Shown: piece by piece, positions 57,074 through 64,000 of the stretch
How positions within the stretch are numbered: position 1 is the stretch's first letter
How the letters are laid out: the number at the start of each line of letters is the position of its first letter
Assembly (NCBI GenBank): GCA_020059045.1
Contig: JAGVCW010000021.1
Location: forward strand, 27,821-91,820
Source of the DNA: Minisyncoccota bacterium
GTDB taxonomy: Bacteria > Patescibacteriota > Minisyncoccia > Phycocordibacterales > Zambryskibacteraceae
Direction of reading: 5' to 3'
DNA length: 64,000 nucleotides
Made by a program: the position numbers and the translations under genes
The notes under the pieces: model-generated
Told to the model about the DNA's origin: nothing
The model's input: only the letters and a program-made list of their open reading frames with translations
The model's database searches: none

Positions 57074-57335
57074 GTTTTTCACCTTTTCTGTTAGCCTTTT
57101 TGAAGTTATCTTGAAGGCGACTAGAAAGTGGGAATACGATCCCGGTTTACGTCTTGCCTCGGATGAGACAAGCTTTTTAAGTCCTAATATTTTAAGGCCC
57201 AGAAAGCTTGTCTCACTTGAGTTTTGTATGAAGAGCAGTTGTTTATGTTCTTTTTGTATTATACTATATATGAGCTTAAAAAGCAAGGGCTATTTCCGGC
57301 CTATAAATATGCCGTTTTTTGGTTGTAATATGTCT

Positions 57336-57370
57336 TGACATGTATGTTATAATATGCTATGTTGCAAGTG
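57336..57370 (+). promoter_or_regulatory. Sigma70-like promoter plus an AAGGAG Shine-Dalgarno
   Basis: TTGACA-tgtatgttataatatgc-TATGTT. AAGGAG at 57424-57429, 10 nt before the ATG at 57440. Confidence 0.5.
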
Positions 57371-57439
57371 GATTCAGCGGTATGTCCTTGGGCAATTTCG
57401 CTTCAGGGGTGAGTCGCTGACCAAAACAAGGAGCTAGGC

Positions 57440-58015
57440 ATGTCATTTGGAAAAGATTACCGTCTCGTTGGTGAAGCTACAGTGACCGGAGAGAAGTTTG
57501 GTGCTGGAACAACCTTCTGGTCATCTCTTGTACATACCGACATTATCGGTCGGATCAGGCTGATGGTTGAACACTACGCCATTGTTGGGAAGTACATTGG
57601 TCAGCCACTGGTCTATGATCGGGAAGAGCTCATTGCATGGCTCACTGATCGATCTAGCAACTGTCTCAAGTGTTACCCGTATTACGTGGATGATGAGAAA
57701 ATGTTAATAACGGACCAACCCCGTTTCATTTCCGAGTTTTTTTCCAAAATGAAGGAAATCGGGCTCGGGTGGATGGAGTTCCGGCTGTATTACGGTAGGC
57801 TAATCGACAAGTATTTTCAAAGAAATACCAAGTCCCTCGAATCCGATTGGGATGAGAAGGAAATCTTTCGCTCAGAACCGCGTCCTGGGGCACTCTTCGA
57901 TGATTGCATAACTCCCCAACGCTTCGTTGATGTTCTGGATGAGATCGTAGCGAACCGGCGACGGATACACGAGCTTCCTGTTGCACGGGCTGTGCCCACG
58001 TATAGCTATAAGTAA
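57440..58015 (+). CDS. Hypothetical protein
   Basis: 191 aa ORF with a consensus SD. Confidence 0.55.
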   Translation: MSFGKDYRLVGEATVTGEKFGAGTTFWSSLVHTDIIGRIRLMVEHYAIVGKYIGQPLVYDREELIAWLTDRSSNCLKCYPYYVDDEKMLITDQPRFISEFFSKMKEIGLGWMEFRLYYGRLIDKYFQRNTKSLESDWDEKEIFRSEPRPGALFDDCITPQRFVDVLDEIVANRRRIHELPVARAVPTYSYK

Positions 58016-58094
58016 AATCGTACTCGGCGAAATCGAGTAGAGAAATCATATCGGTCGGTAGGCCAAAAACCTACCGACTTTTTCATGTAAATTT

Positions 58095-58125
58095 ATTTTG
58101 AGAGAGAGTGGGAATTTCTCCCTCG
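58095..58125. repeat. Degenerate copy of the tRNA-Ser 3' end
   Basis: GAGAGAGAGTGGGAATTTCTCCCTC, compared with the tRNA gene GGCGGAGAGAGTGGGATTCGAACCCAC. Confidence 0.4.
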
Positions 58126-58157
58126 ACTCAAAATTGTTTCATTTTACTTAAAATAGA

Positions 58158-58560
58158 TTGAAAAGGGATTCGGTCACAGATAATTTTCTGTTGAAAAAGT
58201 TCACCCCACAAGTTTTTGCATACTTGCAAAACTTGCAGGCCCACCTCAGCTCGACAGCTTCCGGTCTTGCGAAAGCTTCAACTATTCGCTTTCTCACCCC
58301 GCCTCGCGCCGTCGCGCTCCGGCTTTCGAATCCCACCTCTCACGCGCCGACGTCCGACTCGAACAGCACATTTGGCTGTTCTTTCCGGTCGTTGCGGAGA
58401 CGATGCCCGGAACTTTGAACCAAAAATACGGCTCAAATTCGAGGATCTTGATAAAAGTATACAGAAACTAAGAGCTATCTACAAAGTCCACCCTGAATGG
58501 TTTGAAGTACCAAAACCCAAATCAACCAAAGGTAAGAACGAGGTAGACTATTCGATTTAG
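58158..58560 (+). repeat. About 400-bp repeat, copy A (partner at 62683-63060), carrying a small ORF
   Basis: Begins GATTCGGTCAC...TTTCTGTTGAAAAAGTTC. The 3' 170 bp is about 85% identical to copy B. ORF 58216-58560 (114 aa) has a C-terminal half ARNFEPKIRLKFEDLDKSIQKLRAIYKVHPEWFEVPKPKS. Confidence 0.7.
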
Positions 58561-58570
58561 CACTGGTTAT

Positions 58571-59497
58571 TTAGTAACTTTGTGCAAGAGTATTATCAAA
58601 TACATGCTCGTATCTTTCGGGCGAACCAAATCCATGCTCATCAAAATCATCAAGTAAATCTTTTAGCGGAAATGACCTGGCGCCATCTTTTCTCCTGACT
58701 ATGCAGCGACCACCTTGTTTAGTACCAAAAGGATGCCTTTGAGGACTGACCACATCTTCTTGGATATAAGGCTTAGAAAAGACCTCTTTATTAAAGTAAG
58801 CAATGACTTTCTTGTGAACCGTATCTAAATAATTCTTTCCTGAATCATCCCCGTTGAAATATTCCCCATGCACCAATCGATTTCTTAACCCATTTTCATC
58901 TGCAAATATTTCTGTTGCTAAATCCTCACCTAAAATCTTTGTATATAAATTTATTGACTTTTTGAATACAGATTTATTCCTTTTCCGAGCCATTGCTTCC
59001 ATTGCAGAAAACATCAAAAGAAGTTTTGCAGAATAACCTGAAGCGTTTACAGCGTCATTCCAGTAATGATAGAAGGGTTCTGGAATTTCCTCATGTTTTA
59101 GGAGTTCTACTAGACCGTCTCGTTCTTTCTCCATAAACATCAACCCTCCTGATTTCACATCTTGACTGTACTCAAAAAACGCAATGTCTCTACTGAGATC
59201 ATGAACTATAAAAGGTTCTCTTGTGAATTCTATGTACGACTGACAAATTAATGATATGCGTGGAATGAGTTTGTTCAACCTTGCTCTAAAAACATTTATT
59301 GCGTCTATAAAGTTTTCAGCTTCAATTTCACAGGTTGCAATCCAAGCATCTGAATCTTTCCAGCCATCTCTAAAATTAAAGTCACAATGGGAAAATTCCA
59401 AACCTTCAATTTCAAACGAAGCAGGTTTTTCTTTCACCTCCATTACTGCGCAATGAGCAAGTGTGAGAATTTTATGTTCTATTCTGTATTTTTTCAT
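58571..59497 (-). CDS. Hypothetical protein with a HEPN-like Rx4H motif (possible abortive-infection / RNase-type defence protein)
   Basis: C-terminal region ...LATEIFADENGLRNRLVHGEY contains R-x4-H. 308 aa. No housekeeping homolog recognised. Confidence 0.4.
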   Translation of the reverse strand: MKKYRIEHKILTLAHCAVMEVKEKPASFEIEGLEFSHCDFNFRDGWKDSDAWIATCEIEAENFIDAINVFRARLNKLIPRISLICQSYIEFTREPFIVHDLSRDIAFFEYSQDVKSGGLMFMEKERDGLVELLKHEEIPEPFYHYWNDAVNASGYSAKLLLMFSAMEAMARKRNKSVFKKSINLYTKILGEDLATEIFADENGLRNRLVHGEYFNGDDSGKNYLDTVHKKVIAYFNKEVFSKPYIQEDVVSPQRHPFGTKQGGRCIVRRKDGARSFPLKDLLDDFDEHGFGSPERYEHVFDNTLAQSY

Positions 59498-61045
59498 TTA
59501 TTCGTACTCAATTGTAGCTGGAGGCTTTTGAGTAATATCGTAAAGAACGCGATTTACCCCTCGCACCTTGCCGATAATCGCGCTGGATATTTTTTCCAGC
59601 AGCTCATTTGGGATTTTGTGCCAGTCAGCACTCATACCATCTATCGAATCAACTGCGCGAAGCGCGATCACGTATTCATACGTACGACCATCGCCCATAA
59701 CACCTACCACTTTAACTGGCAGTAGTGCGGCAAAGGCCTGCCAGATCTTTTCGTACTCTCCTGCTTTGCGTAGCTCCTCAATAAATACCGAATCAGCTTC
59801 GCGGAGGATTTGAAGCCGCTCTTCGGTGATTTCTCCGACAATACGTACTGCAAGTCCTGGACCTGGGAATGGATGCCTCCAGAGAAGTTCTCTTGGAAGT
59901 CCTAGAGTTAAACCTACGCGACGCACTTCATCTTTGTACAAATCCTTTATGGGCTCAAGTATTTTGAAGCCCATCTTTTCGGGAAGCGTGAGGTTGTGAT
60001 GGCTCTTGATTTTCGCTACCGTTTTAGATGTTGAAGCAGACTCAATACGGTCGGGATAAATAGTACCTTGAGCTAAATATGCGATTGTATGTTTTTTGAG
60101 TTCATTTTTAATTGCTTTCTCAAACACTTCAATAAAGCTGTGGCCGATGATTTTACGTTTCTGCTCTGGGTCGGAAATGCCCTTTAAGCGTTTTAAGAAG
60201 AGAGGGCTTGCATCTATGACATGTAGTTGTCTGAAGCCATTTTTGCGTAGGTATGAAGCTACTTGTTCAACCTCCCCCTTACGAAGAAGCCCTGTATCGA
60301 CAAAGACTGCATGTAGGCGATTGCCAATGGTCCTATGGATAAGTGTAGCTGCTACCAGTGAATCGACGCCGCCTGAAATACCCACAACTACGTGCCTGTC
60401 TCCAACCTCATTTTTAACCTCCGCGACGATATTTTCTGTCACTGAGTTAATCCTCCAGTTCTTTTTGGCTTTACATATTGAGAATAGGAAGTTCTTAAGT
60501 AATTTTTCTCCATGCTGAGTATGGGTGACCTCTGGATGGAACTGGATGCCGTAGAAGTTGTTTTGTAAATCAGCAAAAGCAGCATATTTGCAGCCAATAG
60601 TAGATGCTGTCTGTTTAAACCCCTTAGGCAAAGCTGATACTTGGTCACCATGCGAGAACCACACAACTTCTTTTGAGGAGAGCGTCTGGAAAATTCCGCT
60701 CTTGTTTTTGATTGCAAGATTTTCTTTGCCGAACTCTCGATGTTTCCCTTTGGCAACCTTGCCACCAAGCATTTGCGCCATGACTTGATGCCCGTAGCAG
60801 ATGCCAAGAACTGGAATACCGATTTTGAATATTGGTTTGTCGGGTCTAGGACTACCTTTTTCTAGGACTGATGCAGGGCCACCTGAAAGGATGATACCAA
60901 CAGGATTATGTTTCTGTATTTCAGAAGCAGGAGTATCAAAAGGCAAAATCTCGGCTTTTACACCGAGATCCCGCACGCGTCTTGCAATGAGATGGGCAAA
61001 CTGGCTTCCGAAATTGAGGATTATGACCATAGTAAATAATATCAC
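59498..61045 (-). CDS. guaA: GMP synthase (glutamine-hydrolysing)
   Basis: Class I GATase with catalytic Cys (GICYGHQ). ATP-PPase motif SGGVDSLVAA. C-terminal dimerisation domain. Confidence 0.95.
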   Translation of the reverse strand: MILFTMVIILNFGSQFAHLIARRVRDLGVKAEILPFDTPASEIQKHNPVGIILSGGPASVLEKGSPRPDKPIFKIGIPVLGICYGHQVMAQMLGGKVAKGKHREFGKENLAIKNKSGIFQTLSSKEVVWFSHGDQVSALPKGFKQTASTIGCKYAAFADLQNNFYGIQFHPEVTHTQHGEKLLKNFLFSICKAKKNWRINSVTENIVAEVKNEVGDRHVVVGISGGVDSLVAATLIHRTIGNRLHAVFVDTGLLRKGEVEQVASYLRKNGFRQLHVIDASPLFLKRLKGISDPEQKRKIIGHSFIEVFEKAIKNELKKHTIAYLAQGTIYPDRIESASTSKTVAKIKSHHNLTLPEKMGFKILEPIKDLYKDEVRRVGLTLGLPRELLWRHPFPGPGLAVRIVGEITEERLQILREADSVFIEELRKAGEYEKIWQAFAALLPVKVVGVMGDGRTYEYVIALRAVDSIDGMSADWHKIPNELLEKISSAIIGKVRGVNRVLYDITQKPPATIEYE

Positions 61046-61080
61046 TAATTATTGGCCAAACGAACCTTATTTTACCTTGG

Positions 61081-61106
61081 TTCAAAGTTGCCAATCTGGC
61101 GGAGAG
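61081..61106. repeat. 26-bp direct repeat spanning the tRNA-Ser 3' end plus 16 bp of flank (copy 1)
   Basis: TTCAAAGTTGCCAATCTGGCGGAGAG. Identical copy at 62655-62680. Confidence 0.85.
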
Positions 61107-61186
61107 AGTGGGATTCGAACCCACGGTTCCGGTAAAGGAACGACGGTTTAGTAAACCGTTGATTTAAACCACTCATCCATCTCTCC
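61097..61186 (-). tRNA. tRNA-Ser (type II, long variable arm) with an apparent ACU anticodon
   Basis: GGAGAGA-UG-GAU-GAGUGGUUUAA-AUC-A-ACGGU-UUACUAA-ACCGU-[CGUUCCUUUACCGGAACC]-GUGGG-UUCGAAU-CCCAC-UCUCUCC-G-CCA. Discriminator G73, a 3-bp D-stem and a long V-arm indicate Ser identity. The loop UUACUAA gives anticodon ACU rather than the usual GCU. CCA is encoded. Confidence 0.7.
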
Positions 61187-61189
61187 ATA

Positions 61190-61300
61190 TATTTACTTCG
61201 CTCAAATGGAGGCGCATACGCGCATCGGTGGACTCGTGGTCAGCTTTAAGGCCGGCTTGGATAGAAGCAGTTCTATCCTTCGCCCATCTCATCCGTCTCT
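61190..61300 (-). other. Degenerate tRNA-like sequence adjacent to tRNA-Ser
   Basis: The minus strand begins GGAGAGACGGATGAGATGGG, the same acceptor/D-arm start as tRNA-Ser, but has no canonical anticodon or T-arm. Contains GGATAGAA-CUGC-TTCTATCC and GCGCGTATGCGC hairpins. Confidence 0.35.
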
Positions 61301-61358
61301 CCATTGTTCAGGTAAGAAGTATACCTTGTGAATGAAAAGTGTTAAATATAGTTTATAT

Positions 61359-61634
61359 CTAGTCGGAAAAGAGAATACTTCTTAATTTATTGTATTCCTC
61401 TTCATTAAGTTTGTACTCTTGAACAACAAAGTGGGCAAAGGCATCTCCTGCCCAATTATCTATGCCTGGGCGGATTTCTCCTTTTTGAAAAGCTTCTACA
61501 AACTGAGGGAAGTTCTCAGAAGGTGACGTGGGGTAACTCTCAAGTAACCTGCGAGCAATTTTCTCTCTAATTTCAGCTAAAAATGCTCTGCTCTCTACAT
61601 CGGGACGTTCTTTTTTAGGTTGTTCTGGAGTCAT
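61359..61634 (-). CDS. Hypothetical small protein
   Basis: 91 aa ORF. Confidence 0.4.
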   Translation of the reverse strand: MTPEQPKKERPDVESRAFLAEIREKIARRLLESYPTSPSENFPQFVEAFQKGEIRPGIDNWAGDAFAHFVVQEYKLNEEEYNKLRSILFSD

Positions 61635-61712
61635 GATGAAAATTATATATGAATTGGTCGTAATTTGTAATTAATCTTCAAGACTTTTGAACTTAAATTA
61701 AAGTTTAGAACC

Positions 61713-62261
61713 TTATTCTAAAGTATATTCCCATCCCGGCTTCCAAGATTTTGTTTTTCGCCAATCTTCAGCAAGTGCCTGCTTCCAAGTCTTTCCTTTA
61801 AGCAAAACATCGAGTGAAAGCTGTGGGGCTTTATGGCCAACAATCGCAATATTTTTCCCATCATAATTTTGCTTTAGAAATTCGAGAAAATCAGCAATGC
61901 GAGCTTTTACGTCTTCATAACTTTCACCTTCGGGAAAGGATTTTTCGATACACTCTTCCTCCTGCATTGGCTCAACAATATCTGAAGAAGCGCCGTTCAA
62001 TTTTCCGTAGTTACATTCACGCAATCTCGCGTCGGGGATGATTTGGTATATGTCTTCCCATGCAAGCTTTGCAGAATCATAAGCACGTTTTAGGTCAGAG
62101 CAGAAAACCACATCAAATTTCTGATCTTTGGTTTGGTCTTTGAGTGCGATTGATTGCTGTACGCCAAGTTCTGAAAGTTCAACATCCTTCCAGCCGGAAG
62201 AAATATGCTGCTCGTTGTCAGTTGTGGTGCCGTGTACGAAATAAGTAATTTTGATTGCCAT
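61713..62261 (-). CDS. Histidine-phosphatase (PGAM-like) superfamily protein, divergent
   Basis: ITYFVHGTTTDNEQ at the N-terminus resembles the RHGE motif with R replaced. A later IVGHKAPQLSL segment is present. Start MAIKITYF. Confidence 0.45.
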   Translation of the reverse strand: MAIKITYFVHGTTTDNEQHISSGWKDVELSELGVQQSIALKDQTKDQKFDVVFCSDLKRAYDSAKLAWEDIYQIIPDARLRECNYGKLNGASSDIVEPMQEEECIEKSFPEGESYEDVKARIADFLEFLKQNYDGKNIAIVGHKAPQLSLDVLLKGKTWKQALAEDWRKTKSWKPGWEYTLE

Positions 62262-62265
62262 AAGA

Positions 62266-62622
62266 TTAGGATAATTTACTTCCAAGTATTACCGAGTCGC
62301 TTTTAGGCTCAATGAGTACCCATCCATCACCTGCACTATTTTTAAAACCAAGAGTGAGAACTTCTGACCTAAATGGACCAACTTGCTTGGGTGGAAAATT
62401 AACAACACAACACACAAGCGAATTCAGAAGCTCTTCCTTGGTATGTGCTCCTACTGCCTGAACGCTCGATTGTTTTATTCCAATTTCAGTACCGAAATCG
62501 ATCTTGAGCTTATATGCAGGCTTTCGGGCTTCTGGAAAATCGGAAACCTCGACAATTTTACCAACTCGAATATCGACTTTTTCAAAATCGTCAAATGTTA
62601 TGGTTTTAGGTTTGTTGTCCAT
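62266..62622 (-). CDS. tRNA-binding domain protein (CsaA / Trbp111 / EMAP-like OB fold)
   Basis: FEKVDIRVGKIVEVSDFPEARKPAYKLKIDFG...EELLNSLVCCVVNFPPKQVGPFRSEVLTLG. Confidence 0.7.
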   Translation of the reverse strand: MDNKPKTITFDDFEKVDIRVGKIVEVSDFPEARKPAYKLKIDFGTEIGIKQSSVQAVGAHTKEELLNSLVCCVVNFPPKQVGPFRSEVLTLGFKNSAGDGWVLIEPKSDSVILGSKLS

Positions 62623-62654
62623 AATTTGTTCAAAATGGCCTTACTTTGCTTAAG

Positions 62655-62680
62655 TTCAAAGTTGCCAATCTGGCGGAGAG
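62655..62680. repeat. 26-bp direct repeat (copy 2) of the tRNA-Ser 3' end plus flank
   Basis: Identical to 61081-61106. Similarity extends about 20 bp further upstream at lower identity. Confidence 0.85.
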
Positions 62681-62682
62681 GG

Positions 62683-63060
62683 AAGAATGATTCGGTCACG
62701 AATCTTTTTCTGTTGAAAAAGTTCTCGACCTGGATTTCGAATCTGTTTCGAGTCTTACAGACTCTGTACACCTTTCGTATCGTGCTCGTAAACTGCGCGC
62801 GATGTACTCAAGGTTTTCGAATCTCCCACGTCCCGCTGTGGTGGGACTCCTCTCTCGCAAAATCACATCCCTTAAGAAGGGATAGATTTTGGCGGGGATG
62901 ATGCTCGGAACTTTGAACCTAAAACACGGCTCACGTTCGAGAATCTTGATAAAAGTATACAGAAACTAAGGGCTATCTACAAAGTCCACCCTGAATGGTT
63001 TGAAGTTCCTAAGCCGAAATCAGATAAAGGCAGGAATGAGGTTGATTACACTGAGCTTAA
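62683..63060 (+). repeat. About 400-bp repeat, copy B, with a start-less ORF remnant
   Basis: Begins GATTCGGTCACGAATCTTTTTCTGTTGAAAAAGTTC. The 3' region encodes ARNFEPKTRLTFENLDKSIQKLRAIYKVHPEWFEVPKPKSDKGRNEVDY in the same frame as copy A. An in-frame TAA lies upstream and there is no start codon. Confidence 0.65.
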
Positions 63061-63990
63061 CCAACCTTCATGAGCAGAATCGGCTGCTTTCGTATTGTCG
63101 AAAATAGAGTCAATGCGACGGATTATCGGAGCGTCGAGTGCAGAACCAACGTGCAAGAGAAATTCTTTTGTCGTTTCTAATATTAACTGTGCAATTGGCA
63201 GTATTTGTTGAGGTCTTGGGCGCCCCCATTCAAATTTTGGACTGAATCCTTGATCGCTGTATTCAAGATGATGGTCTAAAATGTCCGTCCAGTTACCATG
63301 AATGCTACGAGAACTACCGCCGTAAAGAGCAAGATACGTAGACTCAAGTCCTACGTCCCTAGTTCTCTCATAGAAGTTTTTATTTCCCCATTCTTTCGGT
63401 TGGTTTGGTAATACATCATCAATTTTTATTCCTGACTTCCTCGCGACTTTTTCAATAGATGAGAGCATTCGGTGCTCAATGTGTAAACTTATTCCTTTTC
63501 TATTTTCAATGTTTTTTGAAATTAAATCTCGTAATTTTCTCTCATTGCGTAATGCGTATTTTACGTATGAGTCGAACAGTTCTGTTGAATCATTTTTAAT
63601 TAAAAACTTTATGTTTACTACGTTTTCAAATAGAAGACGCGAAATAATAAAAACGACTTCTTGCCGTTTTTGACAAATTTGATCTAAATGAGCAGATAAG
63701 AGTTTGGAAAGACGTACAAAGTTGCCACCAATGATAGCTTGATCTCGAGTCCACTTCTTTGAGTCCGGGGGCAATACACCAGCAGCGAGCGCTACTATTG
63801 AAGCTGTTTCTTTCATCAGCTCTACTGACAGATGCATAAAATCGTCTTCGTTCTTTAGAGAATCAAGCTGTTCAGGAGTTATTTCGATGTGATTGATGGT
63901 CTCGAGTATCTCACCAATATCCGCTAATTCAGTTTCTTTACTTTCATTCATGAATGTCGTGCTTACCGTCGTTATAAAGTTTACGACCAT
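63046..63990 (-). CDS. Hypothetical protein
   Basis: 314 aa ORF abutting repeat copy B. No family recognised. Confidence 0.45.
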   Translation of the reverse strand: MVVNFITTVSTTFMNESKETELADIGEILETINHIEITPEQLDSLKNEDDFMHLSVELMKETASIVALAAGVLPPDSKKWTRDQAIIGGNFVRLSKLLSAHLDQICQKRQEVVFIISRLLFENVVNIKFLIKNDSTELFDSYVKYALRNERKLRDLISKNIENRKGISLHIEHRMLSSIEKVARKSGIKIDDVLPNQPKEWGNKNFYERTRDVGLESTYLALYGGSSRSIHGNWTDILDHHLEYSDQGFSPKFEWGRPRPQQILPIAQLILETTKEFLLHVGSALDAPIIRRIDSIFDNTKAADSAHEGWLSSV

Positions 63991-64000
63991 ACATGACTGG

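Noticed and set aside
56285-57286. Full 333-aa version of the minus-strand ORF
   Set aside because: The N-terminal 71 codons run through a strong 12-bp hairpin and an AT-rich promoter-like region. The internal Met at 57073 was preferred.
61190-61300. Second functional tRNA next to tRNA-Ser
   Set aside because: It shares the acceptor/D-arm start GGAGAGAnGGATGAG but has no 7-nt anticodon loop or GTTCGAATC T-arm. Treated as a degenerate tRNA-like remnant.

Overview
This 64 kb window has low GC and bacterial gene organisation, and is built around a ribosomal-protein super-operon (str/S10/spc type). The core gene order is fusA(partial)-tuf-rpsJ-rplC-rplD-rplW-rplB-rpsS-rplV-rpsC-rplP-rpmC-rpsQ-rplN-rplX-rplE-rpsN(type Z)-rpsH-rplF-rplR-rpsE-rplO-secY-adk-map. 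There is no L30, and none of infA/rpmJ/rpsM/rpsK/rpsD/rpoA/rplQ follows map. Together with two giant secreted surface proteins this suggests (inference only) a Patescibacteria/CPR-like genome. The operon is interrupted at positions that are contiguous in almost all bacteria. Five promoter- and SD-bearing ORFs sit between fusA and tuf. A 4.3 kb mosaic island sits between rplB and rpsS: a MYG1/UPF0160-like hydrolase, two ~60% GC genes, and a degenerate MYG1-like paralog. A four-helix-bundle (23S IVS protein family) gene lies between rpsC and rplP. A 1.5 kb insert between rplE and rpsN carries two small ORFs and a ~550 nt GC-rich structured RNA that shows RNase-P-like long-range pairing. The remaining r-protein intergenic spacers are filled by two alternating families of palindromic repeat elements. 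Family B ends in a conserved leader that abuts each start codon. Downstream features include an infC-rpmI-rplT operon, MBL/beta-CASP nuclease, ndk, ftsH, recG, guaA, an MsbA-like ABC exporter, and an smpB / GIY-YIG / tmRNA(ssrA) cluster on the minus strand. There is also a tRNA-Ile(UAU). A tRNA-Ser has an apparent ACU anticodon and is embedded in direct repeats of its own 3' end. Nearby is a ~400 bp repeat carrying a small ORF under apparent purifying selection, next to a HEPN-like (Rx4H) gene. No CRISPR array, rRNA or reverse transcriptase was found.
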